NCBI GenBank assembly: GCA_963843795.1
Contig: CAWJLW010000006.1
Coordinates: 3,050,375 to 3,114,374, forward strand
Source of the DNA: an uncultured bacterium
Lineage (GTDB): Bacteria > Armatimonadota > Abditibacteriia > Abditibacteriales > Abditibacteriaceae
Reading direction: 5' to 3'
Length of the DNA stretch: 64,000 bases
The stretch's first letter is position 1, and the number at the start of each line of letters is the position of its first letter. The notes under the pieces were generated by a model. It worked only from the letters and a program-made list of their open reading frames with translations. It ran no database searches and was not told where the DNA came from. Shown here piece by piece: positions 1 to 10,000 of the stretch. A program made the position numbers and the translations under genes.

Positions 1-255
1 GGCAATTTCTAACGCCGCATTGCGTCCTGCCACCGCTCCCACGTTGGAACCGAAATTCAACCGTTTGGTTTGCACATCGTGCGCGTGCGCCAAGCGTTCC
101 CATTCGTCCAGAACGCGGGGAGTTTCATCCTGCGAACCATTATCGACGTTGATAATTTGCAGCGGACGATAGTTGGAACGGAGCAGCGAATGCAAGCAGG
201 CGCGCGAATAATGGGCTTTGTTGTGGTGCAGCAGAATTAGCGAAACCGTTGACAT
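1..255 (-). CDS. Glycosyltransferase family 2, N-terminal part (runs off the window edge)
   Basis: Hand translation from ATG at 255: MSTVSLILLHHNKAHYSRACLHSLLRSNYRPLQIINVDNGSQDET...NVGAVAGRNAALEIA, with the GT2 VDNGSxD and NxGxxxxRN motifs. Not in the ORF track because it is truncated. Confidence 0.85.
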   Translation of the reverse strand, partial: MSTVSLILLHHNKAHYSRACLHSLLRSNYRPLQIINVDNGSQDETPRVLDEWERLAHAHDVQTKRLNFGSNVGAVAGRNAALEIA

Positions 256-410
256 AATCGAGAAAAGAATTTTGGTAACCACAGCGCTCTGCAAGTACTT
301 GCAGCAAGTGCCTGCCAAGCACAAAAATGCTCATCGAACGGTGAAAAGCACAGCGCATCCTACAACAAAAGGCGTAACGGGCACAAACGCAAAATTTGAA
401 ACACCAACAC

Positions 411-443
411 CAACGCCGCACTGTTAAAAACAGTGCGGCGTTG
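411..443 (-). terminator. Hairpin, probable intrinsic terminator
   Basis: CAACGCCGCACTGTT-AAA-AACAGTGCGGCGTTG inverted repeat just downstream of the 463-1155 gene. Confidence 0.6.
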
Positions 444-462
444 AGAAAGCAGACCGAATTGT

Positions 463-1155
463 TCAGCTATTGTGCGCAGGTTTGGCAACCGACGAGCTTT
501 TTTCCTGTTCCATAACGCCTAAGCGTTCGGCCTGCGCTTTTTGTTCGGGAGTGAGGTTGGGGCGGCGTCCACGCTGCATCGTCGGCGGTTTCACGCCCGA
601 CTGAATTAAAGCGTTGTGCCATGAACCAAAATTTTCGCGACGACGTGCGGCACGATAAATGCCCGGGCAATGCTCTTCGACGGCGGCCCATCCCAATTGA
701 TGACCTGACTCATTCATTTCTTGAATCGTGCGCTGAATGCGCGCTTTTGTCCACACGCGCGTTTCGCGCATTGTTTCATGATCCAAACCAGCGGCCTGAA
801 TCGCGCGGCGCCATGAGCCGAAATAACGGTGCGCGCACGCTGCGAGATACAAATTGCGATGTTTCACTTTGAAGCGCGGATTCAACAAATCTTCACCCGC
901 AGCATGATGCTTGCGAATCTGCTGCAAAATCTCTTCGCGGCTCCATTTTTGCTTGATACGTTTAATACTGTCATATTCCAAGCCTGCTGCCTCAATGGCG
1001 GCGCGCCAGTTGCCGAAATGACTGCGCGAGCGCGCTGATGAAAACAGCGCAGAATGCGTTTGTTGAATAGATGTCGGCGATAAATCGACACCTTTTGCAG
1101 ACAGTTCTTGAATTGTTGAAATCAATTTTTTCCGAGTCCACTTACGTCCGGGCAT
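463..1155 (-). CDS. Protein of three tandem helical repeats resembling the homing-endonuclease-associated repeat; putative DNA-binding, no nuclease domain
   Basis: ATG at 1155 with AGGAG RBS; three ~65-70 aa repeats W(T/S)xxxI...FG(S/N)WxxA(I/L)xx(A/S)G; basic RGRRP tail. Confidence 0.7.
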   Translation of the reverse strand: MPGRKWTRKKLISTIQELSAKGVDLSPTSIQQTHSALFSSARSRSHFGNWRAAIEAAGLEYDSIKRIKQKWSREEILQQIRKHHAAGEDLLNPRFKVKHRNLYLAACAHRYFGSWRRAIQAAGLDHETMRETRVWTKARIQRTIQEMNESGHQLGWAAVEEHCPGIYRAARRRENFGSWHNALIQSGVKPPTMQRGRRPNLTPEQKAQAERLGVMEQEKSSSVAKPAHNS

Positions 1156-1398
1156 GATGTGTTCTCCTAAATTCAAGCGGCACAAGGCCGCTCCTTGGGT
1201 CCTAAGAAAGACCTTGTACTTTGGCTTGCAAAACAGCTTATTCGTTAGCGTTATACTTTGCCTCTCCAAACCTAGCATATCGCACTCTTGAGCCTTTGCA
1301 AGTTATCTGCTCTGACTTGATTTTAACTGTCATCTGTCAAAATTACAAATATTTTTTGACTGTTAAATTAGCACATACGAATTAGCACATAAAACAAA

Positions 1399-1439
1399 AA
1401 ACGCGTTCTCAGTAGGGCTTAACTACTGAGAACGCGTTT
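1399..1439 (-). terminator. Intrinsic terminator of hpf
   Basis: AAACGCGTTCTCAGTAG-loop-CTACTGAGAACGCGTTT hairpin followed by a T-tract on the minus strand. Confidence 0.75.
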
Positions 1440-1499
1440 GAAATTTGAGTGCCGTTGTATCCGAATTGCTTTTGGCTATCAGATCAACTGGCTATTACA

Positions 1500-2108
1500 T
1501 CAATCGGCGATGGGTTCGATAAGCCCGTAACCACCGCTATTGCGGCGATAAACGACGCTAACTTCGTTTTTATCATCGTCACGAAAAACGAAAAAATCGT
1601 GGCCGAGTAAGTCCATTTGCAGCGTGGCTTCCTGAGCCGACATTGGCTTAAGCGAAAAGCGCTTAACGCGCACAACGTGTTCATCATCGGCATTATCGTC
1701 TGCTTCTTCGGTATGCGCGCCATTGCCGTTTCCATTGCTGTTGGCCATTTCGACATCAGGTGCCGCGATGGGGTGCATCACGATTCCAGCGACATCGTCG
1801 CGATTATTGTGACGGCGCTTCACGGCGCGCGCTTTGGTTTTGAAACGATTCAATTGGCGTTGGATTTTATCGATAGCCAGATCGAAAGCCTGACGCAAAT
1901 TGTCGGCGCGCTCTTCGGCGCGCGTGGTAAGCCCGCGCGAAACCAGGGTGACTTCGGCGAAGTAGCGACCGCGCTCTTCGCCAAACCGCACCTCGGCTTG
2001 TTCGCCGCGCGGCCACACTTTGTCGATGGTGGCGATCTTTTCTTCACAATGAGCGCGCAAATCGTCGTCGATTTCGCAGTTACGACATTGCATATTTACA
2101 GTTGTCAT
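1500..2108 (-). CDS. hpf: Ribosome hibernation promoting factor, long HPF (RaiA/S30AE family)
   Basis: N-terminal S30AE domain and C-terminal VRVKRFSLKPMSxxEAxLQMDLLGHDFFVF...VVYRRxxGGYGLIE; AGGAGG RBS before ATG 2108. Confidence 0.92.
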   Translation of the reverse strand: MTTVNMQCRNCEIDDDLRAHCEEKIATIDKVWPRGEQAEVRFGEERGRYFAEVTLVSRGLTTRAEERADNLRQAFDLAIDKIQRQLNRFKTKARAVKRRHNNRDDVAGIVMHPIAAPDVEMANSNGNGNGAHTEEADDNADDEHVVRVKRFSLKPMSAQEATLQMDLLGHDFFVFRDDDKNEVSVVYRRNSGGYGLIEPIAD

Positions 2109-2227
2109 ACGCTTGCCTCCTGAGGAATTTAAAATTGTGTTCTTGTGCAACGTGCCATCGCGGTGCCATCAGCGCCCGCCGAAACAAAATTCGCGGCTGC
2201 AAGTACTTGCTAAAGCACTTACGACGC

Positions 2228-2740
2228 CTAATGTTCGGCTGCCAGCAGCAAACAGACCGCGTGTGCAATCATGCCTTGTTCACGTCCAACATCGTCCATG
2301 CCTTCTGCAGTTTTCCCGCGTAAATTGACCTGTTCGACTGCAACTTGTAGCGCAGCCGCGATACGAGCGCGCATTTGCGGCACGAAAGGCGAAATTTTCG
2401 GACGCTGCGCGATGAGAACCGCATCGACATTGCCGATTTGCCAACCCGCTTCACGCGCGCGTTGCGCCATTTGCTCGAGCAAAATCCAGCTATCGGCGTT
2501 TTTCCAGCGCGCTTCGGTATCGGGAAACATCCGTCCGATGTCCGGCAAACCCGCCGCGCCACAAATCGCGTCGCCGATGGCGTGAAGCAGAACATCACCA
2601 TCGGAGTGGCCCAGCAAACCTTTTTCAAACGGTACTTCGATCCCACCCAAAATCAGCGGTCGTCCGGCTTCCAAACGATGCGAATCCCAACCCACACCCA
2701 CCCGAAATCCAAACTTTGCCTTCGCTTCGTTGTCCGCCAT
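2228..2740 (-). CDS. ispF: 2-C-methyl-D-erythritol 2,4-cyclodiphosphate synthase
   Basis: RVGVGWDSH, GHSDGDVLLHA and DIGRMFPD motifs; adjacent to ispD. Confidence 0.95.
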   Translation of the reverse strand: MADNEAKAKFGFRVGVGWDSHRLEAGRPLILGGIEVPFEKGLLGHSDGDVLLHAIGDAICGAAGLPDIGRMFPDTEARWKNADSWILLEQMAQRAREAGWQIGNVDAVLIAQRPKISPFVPQMRARIAAALQVAVEQVNLRGKTAEGMDDVGREQGMIAHAVCLLLAAEH

Positions 2741-2757
2741 TTGTCTCCTTTATTTCA

Positions 2758-3537
2758 TTACTTTTGACTTTCCATCCAGCGCGCCGCACGCTCCAAATCT
2801 TCGGCGAAGGTGATTTTAAAGTTACTTGTTTCGCCTTCGACCAAAGCCACGCGACACAACGTTGCTCTATTCTCATTTTGCGCACGTTCGACCAACGACG
2901 CGCAGTCGGTGCCTTGAAAATTGTCGCGCGCGGCTTGCGCAAAAGCGCTTTTAAAAATGGTGCGCTCGAAAACCTGCGGTGTTTGTGCCAGATAAACGTG
3001 CGAGCGCTCTAAAGTACTTGCGATGAAGTTTCCATTTGCAGCGCTCAATTTCACTGTGTCCGAAACCGGTAGAGCGGCAATCGCGCCGCCACACTCCAGC
3101 GCGGCTTCGATAACGCGCACGATTAATGCGGGCGAAGCCAATGGGCGCGCGGCATCGTGCACAACCACGAAATCGCCGCGTGCGATTTCCACAGCCGCCG
3201 CGACTGAATCCTGCCGTGACGCTCCGCCCCGCGCCAACCGAAAATCGAGAGTGCGACAGTTCATGCTGCAAGTACTTGCAGGAGAGGTTTCCGATTTCAA
3301 AGTGGCAAAAATCGCTTCGACGAGTGGCCATTCGGTTTCTTGCGCCGCGACGATAATTTCTATTAACTCGCAACCGGGTGGCATCGCTCTGGAATGTGCG
3401 AGCGCTTCTAAAGTCCAGCTTAAAACTGCGCGTCCGCACAACGTAGCCAAAATTTTATTACCGCCCAGAGCGGCGCGCGAACCGCAACCCGCAGCGGGAA
3501 TAATGACGGAAATTGTGCACGCTTTCTTTGTATTCAT
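2758..3537 (-). CDS. ispD: 2-C-methyl-D-erythritol 4-phosphate cytidylyltransferase
   Basis: IIPAAGxGSR, GGxSRQDSV, VHDAARP, QTPQVF and NFKITFxEDL motifs. Confidence 0.95.
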   Translation of the reverse strand: MNTKKACTISVIIPAAGCGSRAALGGNKILATLCGRAVLSWTLEALAHSRAMPPGCELIEIIVAAQETEWPLVEAIFATLKSETSPASTCSMNCRTLDFRLARGGASRQDSVAAAVEIARGDFVVVHDAARPLASPALIVRVIEAALECGGAIAALPVSDTVKLSAANGNFIASTLERSHVYLAQTPQVFERTIFKSAFAQAARDNFQGTDCASLVERAQNENRATLCRVALVEGETSNFKITFAEDLERAARWMESQK

Positions 3538-4760
3538 CGGCGACCTTTGCGCCCAGAGTTACCAGAATTATTGGATTGCGATTGCACGACGTCGTCGAAC
3601 AGATCGTCGCCGCCACCGCGCCGATTTTTAATTTCGGCGAAAATCATTTTGCCCGCCACTGTTTGATAAACGCTGGAAATCGTGACTTTGCAAGTTTCAC
3701 CAACGTGCTTCTGGCCGTCGGTCACGACGACCATCGTGCCGTCTTCGAGATATGCCAAACCCTGCCCGACTTCCTTGCCTTCTTTGACAATCGCCAAGGT
3801 CATTTCCTCGCCCGGCAAAACGACGGGCTTCAAGGCTTGCACCATTTCATTGATGTTCAAAACACGCACGCCCTGTAAACCGGCGACGCGATTGAGATTA
3901 AAATCGTTGGTGACAATCGCCGCGTTCATTTCGCGCGCCAGTGCCACCAGTTTGCCATCGACCGTTTCCACGCGCTTCACGGCAGGCGAAATTTCTTGCA
4001 AAACCTGCAGCATCACATGCTCGCCATCGCCATTGTTATCGCTGCCATCGGGAATTTCGCGCATCGCGTTCAATACTTCCAAACCGCGCCGGCCACGCGC
4101 GCGCCGCATCGAATCGGCAGAGTCCGCGATATATTGCACTTCATCCAGCACGAAACTGGGCACATAAAGCGGCCCATCGATAAAACCAGTCTTGCATAAA
4201 TCAGCCATGCGGCCATCGATAATGATATTGGTATCAAGTAATTTCGGCACGCCGCCGTTGCGCACGAGCGGCGCATTTTCCGCGCTATCGAGCTGTGGCA
4301 GAATGCGCAGCAGTTCGCCGCGCAAACCGGCCAGAAGTGCCATGCCCATCACCGCACCAACGACCATAGCGCACAGTTGAACCGGCAACCAGATATGATG
4401 ATCGGGCAACGCCAGCAGTGGCAGCGTGACCAGCACGCCAAAAACCAGACCCAACAGCGCGCCAATAATGCCCAGCACGCGATCGACCGCCGAGAGTTGC
4501 TGAAAGTGCGCCACGCGCGGAATCGCGTGGCGTTCGGCGACCCACGAACCGACGCGCAGCATCACAATTGCAGTTCCAAACGCCACCACGCCGACCACCA
4601 AGCTGCCTAACGGCTTATCGACCAGCATCGGCGAAAACGGTTGTTCGAACGCCTGCGTGTAACCGATGCCCAGCCAGCGCCCGACGATGACGCCCAGCAA
4701 ACCGCACAACAACGTCGTCGCAAACCAGATCAGCCGATTCGTATTCATGATTTCATTCAA
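3534..4760 (-). CDS. PIN/TRAM-domain membrane protein (YacL family)
   Basis: TM helices, KLLDTNIIIDGR, RGRRGLEVL, TNDFNLNRVA, YLEDGTMVVV, QTVAGKMIF; radA-yacL-ispD synteny. Start uncertain (TTG 4760 or ATG 4748). Confidence 0.9.
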   Translation of the reverse strand: MNEIMNTNRLIWFATTLLCGLLGVIVGRWLGIGYTQAFEQPFSPMLVDKPLGSLVVGVVAFGTAIVMLRVGSWVAERHAIPRVAHFQQLSAVDRVLGIIGALLGLVFGVLVTLPLLALPDHHIWLPVQLCAMVVGAVMGMALLAGLRGELLRILPQLDSAENAPLVRNGGVPKLLDTNIIIDGRMADLCKTGFIDGPLYVPSFVLDEVQYIADSADSMRRARGRRGLEVLNAMREIPDGSDNNGDGEHVMLQVLQEISPAVKRVETVDGKLVALAREMNAAIVTNDFNLNRVAGLQGVRVLNINEMVQALKPVVLPGEEMTLAIVKEGKEVGQGLAYLEDGTMVVVTDGQKHVGETCKVTISSVYQTVAGKMIFAEIKNRRGGGDDLFDDVVQSQSNNSGNSGRKGRR

Positions 4761-4806
4761 AAAGCGCCCTGCAAGTACTTGCCGCGCTGAATTTTAAGAC
4801 AAGGGT

Positions 4807-6432
4807 TCATTCCTCATCGAACGGCCCGTAATCGTCGGTGCCGTAATCAATTGTGCCGTTGCTCACTTCATTGCCAAATTCCGAGGCCCGCGCGCCGTTG
4901 TGAATGACTTCCTCATCGAAATCGCGCGCTTTGCCACGCGCCGCGCGCTCGGAAACGCTTTTGCGACCTCCACGCGCCGGACGAGCTGGACGCGCGTCGT
5001 CGTCATCGTTGGAAGCGCGACGTTTGCGCTGCATCGCGAGCGGAATCAAATATTCGACCGCATCTTGCAAAGTCGCGCAGCCCAAACGTTCGATGTCGAT
5101 TTTGTCTTCTCCGTCGCGCGCTTTGGCCGACACTTTCGGACACACGCACTGCGTTAAACCCAAACGTCCGGCTTCTGCCAAACGTCGTCCCGCGTGCGAC
5201 ACCGAACGCACTTCGCCCGCCAATCCAATCTCGCCAAATGCACACGCGCCGACCGGAACCGGCACATCGCGCAAACTCGATACGACCGCCAGCGCAATTC
5301 CCAAATCGACCGCCGGTTCGGTCACGCGCAGGCCGCCCGCAACATTGACATAAACATCCATATCGCCCAATCGTAAGCCCAAACGCTTTTCAATCACCGC
5401 CAAAACGACCAGCACACGATTGAAATCGGCTCCGGTCACCGTGCGGCGCGGGCTGGAAAAATACGACGGCGAACACAACGCCTGCACTTCCACCAAAAGT
5501 GGTCGCGCGCCTTCAACTGTCGCTACAACAACACTGCCCGGGGCTTGTGTTTGGCGTTCGGAGAGAAATAATTGCGACGGATTATCCACACTGCGCATTC
5601 CTACACCCGTCATCTCGAAAACGCCCAGTTCATTGGTGGAACCGAAGCGGTTTTTGGCCGCGCGCAAGATGCGAAACTGCCCGTGTTCGTCGCCTTCGAG
5701 CTGCAAAACCGTATCGACAATGTGTTCCAAAGCGCGCGGCCCGGCCAGATTGCCTTCTTTATTAACGTGACCGACGATGAAAATCGCGACGCCGCTATCT
5801 TTGGCGATGCGCTGTAAAAGCGTTGCAGATTCGCGCACCTGCGTTAAGGTGCCGGGCGCCGAATCCAGCGCGGGATGCGCCGTGGTCTGAATCGAGTCAA
5901 TAACGGCGAAAACTGGCTGGTGCGTTTGCAAATGATTTTCAATTGCGACTAAATCGGTTTCCGCCGCGAGCAACAAGTTTTCTGAGGACAAGCCCAGACG
6001 GTCGGCGCGCAATCGAATTTGTTCGACGCTTTCTTCGCCCGAAACGTAAATCCCCGAACCGTGCGCTTCAGCTAAACGCACCGCGGCTTCGATCAATAAA
6101 GTGCTTTTGCCGATGCCGGGATCGCCGCCGATGAGGACGAGCGAACCGGGTACGACGCCGCCGCCCAAAACACGGTCGAGTTCAGGCATTTGCGTGGACA
6201 AACGTTCGTGTCGCGTGGCCTGAGTGCCGGACAGCGATTGCGGACGCGAACTGGAAAAAGTGTTTTCGCGCGTCGAGGTCGAAGGTGCAGTGCGGGCAGC
6301 GCGGGCAGAAACTTTGGCGACTTTTTCTTCGGCAAACGAGGAAAACGAACCGCATTCCGGGCATTTGCCCAGCCATTTCGACGATTCGTGCCCGCATTTC
6401 TGGCAGATGTAAAGCATGGAAATTTTCGCCAT
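4807..6432 (-). CDS. radA: DNA repair protein RadA/Sms
   Basis: CxxC..CxxC zinc finger, GGDPGIGKST, KNRFG motif, Lon-like C-terminal domain. Confidence 0.96.
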   Translation of the reverse strand: MAKISMLYICQKCGHESSKWLGKCPECGSFSSFAEEKVAKVSARAARTAPSTSTRENTFSSSRPQSLSGTQATRHERLSTQMPELDRVLGGGVVPGSLVLIGGDPGIGKSTLLIEAAVRLAEAHGSGIYVSGEESVEQIRLRADRLGLSSENLLLAAETDLVAIENHLQTHQPVFAVIDSIQTTAHPALDSAPGTLTQVRESATLLQRIAKDSGVAIFIVGHVNKEGNLAGPRALEHIVDTVLQLEGDEHGQFRILRAAKNRFGSTNELGVFEMTGVGMRSVDNPSQLFLSERQTQAPGSVVVATVEGARPLLVEVQALCSPSYFSSPRRTVTGADFNRVLVVLAVIEKRLGLRLGDMDVYVNVAGGLRVTEPAVDLGIALAVVSSLRDVPVPVGACAFGEIGLAGEVRSVSHAGRRLAEAGRLGLTQCVCPKVSAKARDGEDKIDIERLGCATLQDAVEYLIPLAMQRKRRASNDDDDARPARPARGGRKSVSERAARGKARDFDEEVIHNGARASEFGNEVSNGTIDYGTDDYGPFDEE

Positions 6433-6532
6433 AACCTCATTTTAACACTCAATCGCCGATAAGAAATTCGATTTAGCAAAGAAAACTGCCGCTGCAGGTA
6501 CTTGCAGCGGCAGTTTTCCTTGCCAGCAGATA

Positions 6533-6577
6533 AAAAAACTCGCCGCCGTCCGGCTGAGAACCGGGTGAGGCGGCGAG
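6533..6577 (-). terminator. Intrinsic terminator-like hairpin upstream of radA
   Basis: Minus strand ACTCGCCGCC...GGCGGCGAGT followed by a T-run. Confidence 0.6.
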
Positions 6578-7028
6578 TCCGGACGAATCCGGGAGGAAAT
6601 GCAAGCGCGAAGCCTACGGGGAAATTCCCGCTGTGGTGTTCTGCATCTCATTTGCGTAGCACGGCAAGTACTTGCGGGATGCGATATCCACTGGCGGTGA
6701 AGGAAAGGTGAGGAATCACCGTAATTTTCAATTATCCAGCTGAGTTTTTAAGCGGTTTTGGGCGACTTCGGTGAACTGAATGTCAAGTCTGCGCTGATGC
6801 GGGGTATATTCATAATCTGCGCTTGCCCCACATCATTTGGCGATACAAAGATTTTGCGCGGTGAGCGTTTCCAGCGTGTTTCGTCGCGATGTACACGGCG
6901 TGTGTTTCGGGTAAAAGTTTTGTGAAGGCCCGAAAACGTTTCTAAAAGGCTCCTGCAACGAGGACCCAAACATCGTGCCGAATGATAAGATAAAGACCCT
7001 AATTTTGAAGATGTGGCGGAGGAGATTT

Positions 7029-10000
7029 ATGCCTGGTCAGGTTCGGATGAAAGCGTGTTTTGCCTTGTTGAGCGCACTGTTATTGACATGGTGCGGCTCA
7101 CAAGCCCCGGTCGCAAAAGCCCAAACTGTGCCCGCGTTATTGGAAGCGGCTCCAGAAAACGCGGCGCGCGACCTCAATCGCGAGCAGAAACAACAGTTGG
7201 GCGAACTGGCGCGCGTGCGTCTGGCTCAAATTCAACTGGGCACTCTGGCCGCTAATTCGCGCTTGAGCTTGCAGTTGTTTAGCACCACCGTTGTCGCAGT
7301 GCGCAGTGAACTGCAGCAAAATGCCGATGGCGTCCTGTGGCAGGGCGCGATTGCAGGCGATAAGTATTCGAGCGTCACACTTTCGGAAAGCAAAGGCCAG
7401 GTACGTGGCACAATTTACAGCGCAAGCGGCAATTTCACCATTCAACCGCTGCGCGTGAGCGGCGCCAGCGGATTGGCCGCCCGCGCGAGCGGTAGAAATT
7501 TGGTTGCGCTGGGCGAAAACGAAAAACGCTCGCAGCGGGCCGACGACATGGTTTATCCGCAGATAAGCAGTTTTCAGGCGCGCTCGCCATACACAGGACG
7601 CGCAGGCGAAGATGGCAACACCGTCGATATGATGGTGGTTTATGACCGCATCGCCGCTCGCGATGCACCCGACATCGTCGCACAAATTCAGCTAGCCATC
7701 GACGACGCTAACAAGCGTTTTACCAACAGCGAGTCGGTGGCGCGCGTGCGTTTGGTGCACACGCAGATGGTCGAGTATGATGGCGCGGGCGACTTGACGG
7801 TCGATTTACCACGCCTGCGCGATCCTAACGATGGCTTCATGGACGAAGTGGCCGGTTTGCGCGACGAATATGGCGCCGATCTGGTGTTTTTAGTTTCTGG
7901 CGCTAACGACCCGCAATATGGCGGATTGGCTTATGTCATGGGCCAAGGCTTGGTCGGGCCACAATTTGAAAGCGCGGCTTTTGGCACCGTTACGTTGCGC
8001 GACCTGGTTTTCGCGTTCGCTCACGAAATCGGCCACAATCTTGGTTCTTCGCACGATCGCGTTACCAGCCCTAACGCGACACCGGCGTTTCCTTATTCGT
8101 TCGGCTATAGCAACGCGGCCAAAGGTTTTTACACGACGATGTCGTATTCGACCGAGTGTGATAACGCCAACGCGACCTGCCGGGTTATTCCTTTCTTTTC
8201 CAACCCTGACCTGACTTTCAACGACGCGCCCATCGGCGTGGCTGAAGGCGATGCCGCCGCTGCGGACAATCGCAAAACGTTCGCGACCACGGCGGGCATC
8301 GCGGCGGCTTTCCGTCAATCGCGCGCTACCATCAACGTCGAAGACTTTTCGGCCCCCGAAGGCAGCGACAAAACTAACACTTTTTCGGTTCCCATCAGCC
8401 GCACCCAACCGCTGGGCAAGCAATTGAGCATTCCTTATCGTTTTGAAGAAGGAACTGCCAAAGCGGGTGCCGATTACAATGCGACGCCTGGAATTGTGAG
8501 CTTCCTGCCCGATCAGGAAGTGGCCACTATCGAAATTCCCATTGTGGCCGACGACAAATACGAACCGGATGAGAACTTCACGCTTATCATTGGTGCCGAA
8601 GACAGCACGCAGATTCTTGAACAGAAAAGCGTGACTATCACGATTGTCAACGACGACCAACCGCAAATTTCCATCAACGATGCCAGCGTCACCGAAGGCA
8701 ACACTCTCGATACGCCCAAGCTGCCATTCTTGATTTTCGATTTGCAATTGGATGCCGCTTTCGACCAACCGATTAGCGTCGATTATCGCACCGTAACCGG
8801 CACTGCGACGGATGAAGATTTCACCGAGCAGAGCGGAACCATCACATTTGCCGCCGGCCAAACCGTCGCCGCGATCACCGTCGCCGTCACGCCCGATACA
8901 AAAGTCGAGGCCGATGAGAAGATGACGGTGGAACTGGGCAATCCGGTTGGTGCCGCACTGAGCAATGCCAGCGCGACCGGTACTATTATCAACGATGATT
9001 TGCCCGGTTTGCGCGCCGAAGAAATTAAAGTGCGCGAAGGCGGCATCGCCACGTTCAACGTGCGCTTATTGCAACCGTCGCCTTCAACGGTGAAAGTCCG
9101 TTATGCGACTGGCAATGGCACCGCCGCTTCGCCCAACGATTACAACGCCGTCAGCGGCGTTTTGACCTTCACACCGGGCCAGACAACGCAGCAAGTACTT
9201 GTGCGCACTAACGAGGACACGCAGTTCGAAGACGACGAAACCTTCTTTCTGCGCTTTGGCAGCGTGCAGGACGCAACTGTGGTCACGCCCGCAGTGAAAG
9301 CTACGATCATCGACAATGAAAGCAAAGCAACCTTACAGGTCGGCGATGCGCGCGTTGTGGAAGGCAACAGCGGACAAACAATTCTGAGCTTTCCGGTGCG
9401 CTTGTCCAGCGCTTCGCCGGTCGCTATCGCGTTCCGCTACGAAACTCAGAACGGCACCGCGCTGGCGGGCAGCGATTACGAAGCGACCAGCGGCATTTTC
9501 CGCATGGATTCGGGCCAGACAACGGGCCGCATTCAAGTGCGCGTTAATGGCGATGTGGAAATTGAAAGCAACGAAAGTTTCCGCCTGCTGCTTTTAACGC
9601 CGAACAAAGTGCGCTTGTCGAAAGAGTTTGCGACTGGCATTATTCTCACCGATGACATTGACAATACGCCACCGCGCGTGATGCTGAACGACATCGCATC
9701 GAATCAGGGATTCAAAGAATTTCCAACTTTCACCGGCATCGCACAAGACGAAAGCGGCCTAGCTGGAGTCGTGTTGCAATTGCAGCGCGTTTCGGATGGT
9801 GCGGTGTTCAATGGCACCACGTTCGTGCGTCCGCAACTCGGCATCACGCTCGCCACGACCCTACAAATCATCGGTAAATTGCCTTCGGGTATCGGTCAAG
9901 TCGGTCGTTTCACGGTTTCCGATTCGCTTCCCAGCGGCACCGAGGTGAAAGAAGGCGAATATCTGGTGCTGGCGACAGCGGGCGACACTTCGGGCTTGCG

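Noticed and set aside
7890..8861. Long antisense or overlapping ORFs (e.g. 7890-8861, 28735-29751, 41426-42176, 49936-50748)
   Set aside because: Shadows of well-supported genes on the opposite strand, with no motifs.
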